Shown in pieces: positions 17,527 through 24,797 of a stretch of DNA of 50,403 nucleotides. The stretch comes from a virus (taxonomy: Duplodnaviria > Caudoviricetes), in the IMG/VR virus record IMGVR_UViG_3300021978_000181, positions 1 through 50,403 of that record; one strand, given 5' to 3'. The notes under the pieces are model-generated. The model saw nothing but the letters and a program-made list of their open reading frames with translations. It was not told the origin of the DNA and searched no databases. How positions within the stretch are numbered: the stretch's first letter is position 1; every line of letters begins with the position of its first letter. The position numbers and the translations under genes were made by a program.

Positions 17527-18112
17527 CACCTTTGATCGCCTCTTGGTTAGCGGGGAGGCGCTGCTGATCGACGTCATCGAGGATGCGTTTGATCGGGTTG
17601 CGCCTGAGAAGGGCTGCGAGTCTCCGATCGAGGAAGCGTTCGCCGTCGCCGCTGCCGCGCTGTGTGCGACTAGGTATTGCGGCGAGGTGGACTACGTCCC
17701 CGCATTTGGCCTGACGCACAAGGAACTCATTGCGCGGACTGGCGACGGGAAGTTCAGAGCCTGGATTGCCCCTCAGGTGCACGTCTGCGGCTACCGGGTG
17801 GATTTTATGGTTGCGCACCTAAGCGGGCTTTCCGGCTTCGGCGGCATCGTCGTTGAGCTTGACGGGCATGAGTTCCATGAGCGCACGAAGAAGCAGGCGG
17901 CGCGCGACAAGGCCAAGGATCGGCATCTGCAAGACATGGGCTTCAAGGTGTTCCGCTTCACCGGATCTGAGGTTTGGGCGGACGCGTTTGGGTGCGCGGA
18001 CGACGTACTCGGCCACGCGCTGTCGATGGCCATCGATGCAGACTACGCGCGGCACCTGATCCGCGAGGGGGACATCAACGGGGCAACGAGGGCACTTAGC
18101 TGGCCACACTGA
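17519..18112 (+). CDS. DUF559/Vsr-like endonuclease
   Basis: ESPIE...YRVDF...VELDGHEFHER...RD...VFRFTGSEV. Confidence 0.85.
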   Translation: MRDTFDRLLVSGEALLIDVIEDAFDRVAPEKGCESPIEEAFAVAAAALCATRYCGEVDYVPAFGLTHKELIARTGDGKFRAWIAPQVHVCGYRVDFMVAHLSGLSGFGGIVVELDGHEFHERTKKQAARDKAKDRHLQDMGFKVFRFTGSEVWADAFGCADDVLGHALSMAIDADYARHLIREGDINGATRALSWPH

Positions 18113-18125
18113 GGGGGACAACGGA

Positions 18126-18680
18126 ATGCAACACACCATCGAGAAGCATCGCAGCGTCGACGTACACCACGTCATCACCGCGGCAAGCGAGGTCATGAAG
18201 GTTTCGAAGGCGGACCTGCGCGGCGACCGCCGGGCGCGGCCGATCACCGAGGCGCGCCACACGGCAATCACGGTCGCGCGGATGCTGACCGGGCGCTCAC
18301 TGATGGCGCTATCGAGGGACTTCAACGTCGCCGACCACACCGTCATCCGCTATGCGATCAACATCACCGAGGAGAGGGTTGCGACGCGCCCTGACATCGC
18401 GCTGGCCATGGTCGAGATCGAGGCGAAGGCACGCGCGCTTGCCGGCGCGCCGCCGGCGCCGGTCGCGGTGAGTGTTGAGCGGGTCCGCGCCGAGGTCGAG
18501 GCGGTAGCAGAGGTGGCGAAAGCGGCCGAGGCTGCGGAGAACCCGCTCAATGAGGACCAGCGCCGCGAGTTCGTGCGCCTGGTTCACAAAGGCTGGACGC
18601 CGAAGGGGTTGGCCAAGCGCTACGACCTGCCCTTGGATTTCACGCGGATCGAATACGAGGCTGCGCGCGCAGCTGCGTGA
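18126..18680 (+). CDS. DnaA C-terminal (domain IV) HTH protein
   Basis: DLRGDRRARPITEARHTAITVARMLTGRSL...F...DHTVIRYA. Confidence 0.8.
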   Translation: MQHTIEKHRSVDVHHVITAASEVMKVSKADLRGDRRARPITEARHTAITVARMLTGRSLMALSRDFNVADHTVIRYAINITEERVATRPDIALAMVEIEAKARALAGAPPAPVAVSVERVRAEVEAVAEVAKAAEAAENPLNEDQRREFVRLVHKGWTPKGLAKRYDLPLDFTRIEYEAARAAA

Positions 18681-18691
18681 GGAGGGGTTGC

Positions 18692-19687
18692 ATGGCGGCG
18701 AAAAAGAAAATCGGTCCCGAGGAGCGCGCGGAACGCCGAAAGCGGGCAATCCGCAACCGGATGAACCGCGCGCTCGGCGACCTCGGCGTCGACGTGACCA
18801 GCGTGCCGGCGAGCGACCGCGAGGCGATCGACCTTGCGGACCAGAACGTGCGCAAGCTGCGCAGCATCGCTGACAAGATGAACGTTCGCCGATCGCCGAG
18901 CGACCCCACCGAGGAGCGCGTGCGCCACGCCGGCGTCGATCCGCGCGCGATCGAGGTTCAGGTCGACCAGCCGCGGGCGCACAAGTTCGACTGGATCATC
19001 GACAGCATTCAAGAAAAGCTCTCCGCACGACAGTACCAGGCGGCAGAGCGGCTTCGCGACCGACACGAGGCCATGCAGGCCAAGAGCGCTGTCGCCTCCC
19101 TGGACGGTGCCTCGACCGCTTCTGACCCATCGGGGCGCTTACCGATCACCGAGGCACAGGAGATCGCTGCGCGTGAATTCGCGTGGGTGACGGATCGGAT
19201 TGAGCCGATCTTCATGGCCGCGCTCGATGCGTTCGTTCTGGAGAAGCCGCCCGAGGGTGCGGATCGCTGCCTGACCATCGCCGAGTACGGCACCAAGGTC
19301 AGCAAGATCGCCGGCGAGAACCAGGGCCGCGCCGCCGGCGTGGTTGCGATCAAGCTGGCCTGCGCCCGCCTGGCGGCGCTGTGGTGGGCCTACGACAGCG
19401 AGCAGCGCGAGCAGTGCGCACGCACCGACCGGCTGATGCGGTCTGAGATCGGACGCCGCGCCGCCGCGCAGGGGTGGATTTGCGCGCTCCATGACTGGTG
19501 CAGAAAAGCTGGCCGCCTGCCTGCAACGCAAGGGGAGATGGATACTATCCGCGCCATTCACAACGAGACAGCGATGCGCCTCAGGAAGGCGAGCCAGTTG
19601 GACGTTGATCGCCACACAGGGCGCAACAACCGCCTCGTGGCAAAAGCGCTCATGGACGATGCGTGCGGTCGAGTGAGGGTGGCATGA
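18692..19687 (+). CDS. Hypothetical protein in the Q/late-regulator position
   Basis: RBS GAGGAGG; LSARQYQAAERLR motif; function inferred from position only. Confidence 0.5.
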   Translation: MAAKKKIGPEERAERRKRAIRNRMNRALGDLGVDVTSVPASDREAIDLADQNVRKLRSIADKMNVRRSPSDPTEERVRHAGVDPRAIEVQVDQPRAHKFDWIIDSIQEKLSARQYQAAERLRDRHEAMQAKSAVASLDGASTASDPSGRLPITEAQEIAAREFAWVTDRIEPIFMAALDAFVLEKPPEGADRCLTIAEYGTKVSKIAGENQGRAAGVVAIKLACARLAALWWAYDSEQREQCARTDRLMRSEIGRRAAAQGWICALHDWCRKAGRLPATQGEMDTIRAIHNETAMRLRKASQLDVDRHTGRNNRLVAKALMDDACGRVRVA

Positions 19688-20196
19688 TGAAGCCGCAAGA
19701 CCTGACTCTCCAGCGGCTGCGCGCGGAGTTCATATACGACCCTGAGACGGGGGAGTTTCGCCGCAGGCGCTTCCCTTGGGGGCCCAGCGATCACGTTCCT
19801 GCGGGTTATGTGCGCCCCGACGGGTATGTGAGCATTGAGATCGGCCACCGGCCGTACCTCGCGCACGTGCTCGCTTGGTTCTACGTGAACGGCGAGTGGC
19901 CAAGCACAAGCCTCGATCACAAAAACGGCACCAGGGACGATAACCGCATCGCCAACCTGCGGCCCGCCACGCAAACGCAGAACAACGGAAATTCAAAGCT
20001 TAGCGGAAGCAACACGTCGGGCGCCAAGGGCGTGACCTGGGACAAGTGGTCGGGAAGGTGGATGGCCCAAATCAGCTTTGCTGGGCGACGGCGCAATTTG
20101 GGTCGATATCGCACCGTCGAGGCGGCGCATGCAGCATACGCTGACGCAGCGCGGAAGCTGTTCGGGGAGTTTGCGAGGCCGGAGAAGCGGCCGTGA
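19684..20196 (+). CDS. HNH endonuclease with AP2 domain
   Basis: AHVLAW...DHKNGTRDDNRIANLR; NTSGAKGV...WMAQI...LGRY...AA...GEFA. Confidence 0.9.
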   Translation: MMKPQDLTLQRLRAEFIYDPETGEFRRRRFPWGPSDHVPAGYVRPDGYVSIEIGHRPYLAHVLAWFYVNGEWPSTSLDHKNGTRDDNRIANLRPATQTQNNGNSKLSGSNTSGAKGVTWDKWSGRWMAQISFAGRRRNLGRYRTVEAAHAAYADAARKLFGEFARPEKRP

Positions 20197-20213
20197 TCTA
20201 GGAGGGCAATACA

Positions 20214-20438
20214 ATGCAGATCGCAAAGGACGGCGTGGTTGCGTGCATGGTGGTGTTCGTATGGTTCGTCGTGATGTCGTTGGTGGTGACGTTCGGGGTC
20301 GTCGACTACGGCCTCCCGGGCAAGATCATCGGGCTCGGCTCGCTGGCCGCGCTGGTTTTCCTGGCTGTACGGCTCAGCCGGCACGGAAAAGCCCCGGCAT
20401 CGACGCGCGACACCGGGGCTCAGGATGTTCCCTTTTAG
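20214..20438 (+). CDS. Small two-TM membrane protein
   Basis: RBS AGGAGG; two hydrophobic segments. Confidence 0.6.
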   Translation: MQIAKDGVVACMVVFVWFVVMSLVVTFGVVDYGLPGKIIGLGSLAALVFLAVRLSRHGKAPASTRDTGAQDVPF

Positions 20439-20441
20439 GGG

Positions 20442-21509
20442 TTAGGCGAACTTCATCACCTTTCGGCGCCCAACGGTTCGGAGTTGCACCGAGCCGTTGG
20501 CAACCCACTCTTTGGACCATTCGGAGAAGCGGGAGGGCGAGACACCGTAGTGATTCGCCGCCTGCTCCTGGCTGTCGAAGCTTCGGCCAGTTGCTGCCCG
20601 AAGCATGAGATCCGAGAGGATCTCGTCACGGTCCATGCTACGCTTCGAGCCATTCGGACCCTTCGGCGTCGGCGGGTGCGGACGCTTCGGGGTCGATACT
20701 CCACCGTTCTTCGGACCCTTCGACACATCGGGCCCGAATGCTTCGAGCGCTTCAGCCACCTCCGATGCTTCGATTTCAGGGAACGAGGTTTGGGCTCGAT
20801 CCGCTTCCGAAGCGTCCTTGGCGACCGTCCGGCGCTTCGGAGAGAACGCAAAGCCGAAGCTGACCAGCGCTGCGAGCTCGAAGATAGTCGCGTAGGTGAA
20901 CGGTTCGAGCAGCAACAGCATGTGCTTGATGGCGTCCCTGCCGTAGCCGGTGAGCAGCGACAGCAGTTCGGCCATCTTGTCGGCGTTCGCCCCGACGGGC
21001 TTCGTATGCCCGGCCTTGTTGAGCGCCGCGAGGTTGCCTGCGACTGCATCCTCGTACACCTTGACGGTGGCTTCCAGGCCAACACACCGCTTGCCGCGCC
21101 CGGAGGCGCATTCGGCGGCCATCTTGGCCCGGGCCCCGTCCAGCATCTCCTGATTGGCGGCGAGCCGCTTCTTCAGGTCTGCACGGAGTTCGTTGACGTC
21201 GCCAGCGATGGCCGAGGCCTCCGCTGCGATGGTCGTCTGCTTGCCGACCGACGTGTAGAGCACGCCCCAGGTCGCTACCGTTGCCACGACAGCAAAGCCG
21301 AGGGCAGAGCCCCAGCACCGCGAGCGCAGCGCGTTGACGACCGAGTGGGCCGTGAGAATTTGAACGGCCATGAGAACGGGGATGAGTCCGTGCTCAAGCT
21401 GCCATTCGTTCGTGCGGATGGCGTCCTGCAGCAGGATTACGAGGGCGCCGGTTGCAGCAAGCCCGCCGGCCACTAGCGCGGCGAACTTGCCCGTGGTAGT
21501 CGAGTCCAT
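20442..21509 (-). CDS. Multi-TM, coiled-coil, C-terminal winged-HTH protein (moron)
   Basis: Three N-terminal TMs, ECASGRGKRC coiled-coil hairpin, a fourth TM, then an HTH; RBS AAAGGA. Confidence 0.7.
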   Translation of the reverse strand: MDSTTTGKFAALVAGGLAATGALVILLQDAIRTNEWQLEHGLIPVLMAVQILTAHSVVNALRSRCWGSALGFAVVATVATWGVLYTSVGKQTTIAAEASAIAGDVNELRADLKKRLAANQEMLDGARAKMAAECASGRGKRCVGLEATVKVYEDAVAGNLAALNKAGHTKPVGANADKMAELLSLLTGYGRDAIKHMLLLLEPFTYATIFELAALVSFGFAFSPKRRTVAKDASEADRAQTSFPEIEASEVAEALEAFGPDVSKGPKNGGVSTPKRPHPPTPKGPNGSKRSMDRDEILSDLMLRAATGRSFDSQEQAANHYGVSPSRFSEWSKEWVANGSVQLRTVGRRKVMKFA

Positions 21510-21595
21510 GTGGTGTTCCTTTCGTAGCTGATCGGGATTTCACAATGGGTCGGGGCTGTTCGCGCAGCGCCCGACCTGACTATAAGATAGCACGA

Positions 21596-21645
21596 ATGGA
21601 CATTTTGTCCATGCTGTTTCGAACCGCTATTGACATTTTGCGGAT
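21596..21645. promoter_or_regulatory. Palindromic operator(s) in a divergent promoter region
   Basis: ATGGACA-TTT-TGTCCAT (21596-21612); partial copy ATTGACATTTTGCGGAT (21629-21645) contains TTGACA. Confidence 0.55.
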
Positions 21646-21666
21646 TATTCTGGCAAGACGTTGCGT

Positions 21667-21870
21667 ATGCGCAACGCTCCAAATGGACTGGACCGGCTGA
21701 GGCGCCTGCTGGGTTCGCAGGCTAGGGTGGCCGAGGCGCTCGACCTGACTGAGAAGCAGGTCTCGCGCATCGCGACGGGCAAGAGCCCGGTGCCCCCCTA
21801 CATGGTCGCCATAGCCGAACTGCTGGAGGCCTTGCCCCCAAAGGATTGGCCGGACAGGTGGCAGAGATGA
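21667..21870 (+). CDS. Small XRE-family HTH regulator
   Basis: LRRLLGSQARVAEALDLTEKQVSRIATGKSPVP. Confidence 0.8.
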   Translation: MRNAPNGLDRLRRLLGSQARVAEALDLTEKQVSRIATGKSPVPPYMVAIAELLEALPPKDWPDRWQR

Positions 21871-22253
21871 AACGAGCAGCGGCAGCGCTTGTCCTGGCTA
21901 TGATGCAGGGGTGCGCCCAGCCGCAGCCGGTCGAGAGCGTAGAGGAGATATCGGCCAAGATTGATGCGCAATGGGCGAAGGCAGCGCGACCGGCGCCGTC
22001 AAAGGCCGAGTTGGAGGCCGAGAGGCATACCCGCGAACGGGAGAAAAAGCTTAATAGCTGCCGCTCTAGTGGGCAGGCGCTGATCGGCATGACCCGCAAA
22101 AAATTGAAAGCAAAGTGCGGCCTGGCATACCCCATCAACCGGACCACGACGGCGCGCGGTGTCCGTGAGCAGTGGGTTTACGGATACCCAGGGGTCGGCA
22201 CTCTGCTCACGGTCTATCTGGTGGACGGCGTTGTGACTGCGGTGCAGGACTAG
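21867..22253 (+). CDS. Lipoprotein with SmpA/BLIP-like (DUF2845-like) C-domain
   Basis: Signal peptide ending MQGC; IGMT...INRTTT...EQWVY...DGVVTAVQ. Confidence 0.65.
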   Translation: MKRAAAALVLAMMQGCAQPQPVESVEEISAKIDAQWAKAARPAPSKAELEAERHTREREKKLNSCRSSGQALIGMTRKKLKAKCGLAYPINRTTTARGVREQWVYGYPGVGTLLTVYLVDGVVTAVQD

Positions 22254-22370
22254 TGGTCTACGTCGAGGATGGGGTGGTGACGGCGGTGCAAGACCGATAA
22301 ACGCTGAGGTTTTTGCGAGGGGGTGCAGAAACCTGTTTCACGGTCATATAGAGGATTGAGGGGTGTAGCT

Positions 22371-22688
22371 ATGACGATGCTGAGGGACCGCCTCGACTTT
22401 GTGCTCAGTGACCGCCCAGCCGATACGGTCGACCAGATTGAGAAGGCCATACAAGATGCAGCCAGCGCGGCGAGGGTGTCGACGGAGCAAATATCTGTGC
22501 GTGGGGTCAGCGAGATCATCTTCGGCCTCGCAGCTGGCGGCCTTGATCGCGGCGACTTGAGGCAGGTCATGGAAAGCTTGCCGCTTGTGTCGGCGAGGCT
22601 GGAACGCCACTTTGGTGCGACGCCGCGCGAGATGTTGGCGCGTGGGGTGGTTTCGCGCAACGAATTGATTGAGGCGCTGACGGGGTAG
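22371..22688 (+). CDS. Hypothetical protein
   Basis: RBS GAGGGG upstream of MTMLRD. Confidence 0.55.
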   Translation: MTMLRDRLDFVLSDRPADTVDQIEKAIQDAASAARVSTEQISVRGVSEIIFGLAAGGLDRGDLRQVMESLPLVSARLERHFGATPREMLARGVVSRNELIEALTG

Positions 22689-22694
22689 CGGGAG

Positions 22695-22883
22695 ATGGTG
22701 GGGGAATACGTTTGCGAGATTCATGGCCGGCGCGTTCTGGATGCGCCGCCCGAATGCCCGCACTGCGAGCCGTTGCCAAGCGCGACACTGCTCCGCGACG
22801 CCGCTGCCGAAAGCGGCGGAGTGTTTCGCGAGATAATCCGCAACGCCGTTGCTGGCGCCATCCCTGCGTCCCGAAAGGAATAG
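22695..22883 (+). CDS. Hypothetical small protein with CxxH/CxxC
   Basis: Short ORF following the previous gene. Confidence 0.4.
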   Translation: MVGEYVCEIHGRRVLDAPPECPHCEPLPSATLLRDAAAESGGVFREIIRNAVAGAIPASRKE

Positions 22884-22977
22884 CGACCGTGCCGTGTCCA
22901 AAATGTGGAAAACTTCTGCTAGGCACGCGGCCGCAAATCAGACACCTTTCAGGCAGGGTCAGAAATTGCCTCTAACG

Positions 22978-23004
22978 AGCCGCCTCCGGGCGGCTTTTGC
23001 ATTT
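22978..23004 (+). terminator. Intrinsic terminator/attenuator at the start of the late leader
   Basis: AGCCGCC-TCCG-GGCGGCT followed by TTTGCATTT. Confidence 0.7.
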
Positions 23005-23027
23005 CAGGCTCACCCAATTTCAGAACA

Positions 23028-23321
23028 GCTGCCCGGCCCGCTCGCAAGACGGCAGGCCGATCACCTTCAAAGCCTCAGGCCTTTTCCAAAAGCGGCAAAG
23101 CCTGATCAGCGGCCGGGTGGCACCCTTTCAACGGTAGCGTTGCCGAGTAGTCGGGTTTCGTGTGCGCACACCTCGATGGTTGAACGATTCATCCCGAGGG
23201 TACGCCCGGTCGATCCTAGGGGCTGGCCGGGCCTCTGAAGCGAACACCCTGGATACCGCCCCTCGGCGGTAAGCCTCAATGCCAGGGCTGCCATCGATGC
23301 CGACTACTTCGCAACGCGACT
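23028..23321 (+). ncRNA. Candidate two-domain structured RNA in the late leader
   Basis: Long-range helices 23028-23042/23108-23121 and 23137-23154/23300-23317 with nested stems. Confidence 0.55.
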
Positions 23322-23336
23322 GACCGGAGGCCTGCG

Positions 23337-23543
23337 ATGATCCTCAACGTCTCAAAGCGCCGCGGCCGCGCTCTCACGCTGGCCGGCAAGGCCGGGCTGG
23401 CATCGCTGCCGCTCTACGACCGCGAGCGCCGCGCACTCGTCATGGGCGGCCACGCTCAGCCCACAGAGGCAGATCGCGCCCGCATCGCAAGGGCAGAGGC
23501 CAAGCGGGCACGCAAGGCAGAGAAGCAGGCGAGGCTGGCATGA
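23337..23543 (+). CDS. Hypothetical basic protein
   Basis: RBS GGAGG; ends AEAKRARKAEK. Confidence 0.6.
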   Translation: MILNVSKRRGRALTLAGKAGLASLPLYDRERRALVMGGHAQPTEADRARIARAEAKRARKAEKQARLA

Positions 23544-23635
23544 ACGGATCGGACGCAATCCTGCTGATGCTATTCGCAGCAGCGGCGCTCGCGGGGACCG
23601 TGCGGGCCGAGCAGATCGCGGGGTTGTTCCAGTGA
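23540..23635 (+). CDS. 31-aa hydrophobic peptide (not in ORF track)
   Basis: MNGSDAILLMLFAAAALAGTVRAEQIAGLFQ; ATGA and GTGA coupling on both sides. Confidence 0.5.
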   Translation: MNGSDAILLMLFAAAALAGTVRAEQIAGLFQ

Positions 23636-24279
23636 CGGCCATCGTCGTGCAGTTCGGCGGGCATACCCGCCCGCTGCCGCCAAAGGCCCTGCTCGACGAC
23701 GTGCCCGGGAAGTTCATCGCCGCCCCCGAGTTGTCGGACTGGTTCCGTGCCGTGTTCATCGAGGAAGGCGGGCCACTCTACAACACAGAGCACGAGCACC
23801 TGCAGGCGGCGTCCATCGGGGCGCTCTGGACAACGGCAGGCAACTCGCGCCACGGCCGCAGCATCATCGGCCAGGCAGAGTTGGGCGAGCCGAGGGGCAT
23901 GGGTAAGTGGGCGCGAGCCCGTAGCCGGCAGCAGATCGTCGAGTGGTTCGGTGAGGAGCCGGACTTCATCATGACGATAGGTGCACACTACGCCGCCGAG
24001 TGCAGCGACATCGAGTTCTGCGCCCTCATCGAGCATGAGCTGATGCACATGGGGCAGGCCATCGACATGTTCGGGGCGCCGAAGTTCACCAAGAGCGGCA
24101 GGCCGGTGTTCTCGATGCGCGGCCATGACGTTGAGGAATTCGTCGGTGTCGTCGCCCGCTATGGCGCCACTGCAACCGGAACCGCTGCGCTCGTTGAGGC
24201 AGCAAACAAGGGACCAGAGATAGGGTCGGTTCGCATCGCTCAGGCGTGCGGAACATGCCAAGAACGGCGCGTTGCCTAG
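23632..24279 (+). CDS. Putative phage metallopeptidase
   Basis: ALIEHELMH (HExxH) and HDVEEF...VVARYG. Confidence 0.85.
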   Translation: MTAIVVQFGGHTRPLPPKALLDDVPGKFIAAPELSDWFRAVFIEEGGPLYNTEHEHLQAASIGALWTTAGNSRHGRSIIGQAELGEPRGMGKWARARSRQQIVEWFGEEPDFIMTIGAHYAAECSDIEFCALIEHELMHMGQAIDMFGAPKFTKSGRPVFSMRGHDVEEFVGVVARYGATATGTAALVEAANKGPEIGSVRIAQACGTCQERRVA

Positions 24280-24302
24280 ACAAGACCCTTCCTGACGATT
24301 GA

Positions 24303-24797
24303 ATGGCAAAGGGAAAACTTCCAGAGGAAGCAAAAGCATACGTCGTTCGGGCGCTCGCGTGCTTTACCGATGCCTCTGAAATTCTGGAGGTCATCAGGAA
24401 GGATTACGGCGTTGAGATTGCCCGGCAATCGGTTGAGACGTATGACCCCACGAAGGCTGCCGGCGCCAAGCTTTCGAAGCAGTGGCGCGATCTGTTCGAA
24501 AGAACCCGCCAAGCGTTCATTGAGGATATCGATGGGATCGGCCTCGCGCACAAGGCGGTGCGGCTGCGCACATTGGAGCGCATGCGGGCCAAGGCCGAGA
24601 AGCAAGGCAACGTCGCGCTCGTGGTGCAGATCACGGTCGAGGCCGAGAAGATCGTCGGCGAGATCTACACGAACAAGCGCCAGCTGACCGGGGCGAACGG
24701 CAAGCCCTTGTTCCCGCCGAAGCCGATCACAGACGACATGAACCCGGCTGATGCCGCCGAGGCCTATGCAGCAAGCCGAGAAGCCCTCGACAACTGA
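24303..24797 (+). CDS. terS: Terminase small subunit (DUF2280 family)
   Basis: VVRALACF...YDPTKAAGAKLSKQW...FERTR; directly upstream of terL. Confidence 0.8.
   Translation: MAKGKLPEEAKAYVVRALACFTDASEILEVIRKDYGVEIARQSVETYDPTKAAGAKLSKQWRDLFERTRQAFIEDIDGIGLAHKAVRLRTLERMRAKAEKQGNVALVVQITVEAEKIVGEIYTNKRQLTGANGKPLFPPKPITDDMNPADAAEAYAASREALDN

Noticed and set aside
22904-22912. DnaA box TGTGGAAAA near the late leader
   Set aside because: Single 9-mer match; another lies inside recT (~9640), so chance cannot be excluded
22849-23238. 129-aa ORF across the late leader
   Set aside because: Crosses a terminator, has atypical composition and no RBS
23133-23321. tRNA, tmRNA or intron identity for the structured region
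   Set aside because: No T-loop/anticodon cloverleaf, CCA end or recognisable intron core found by eye
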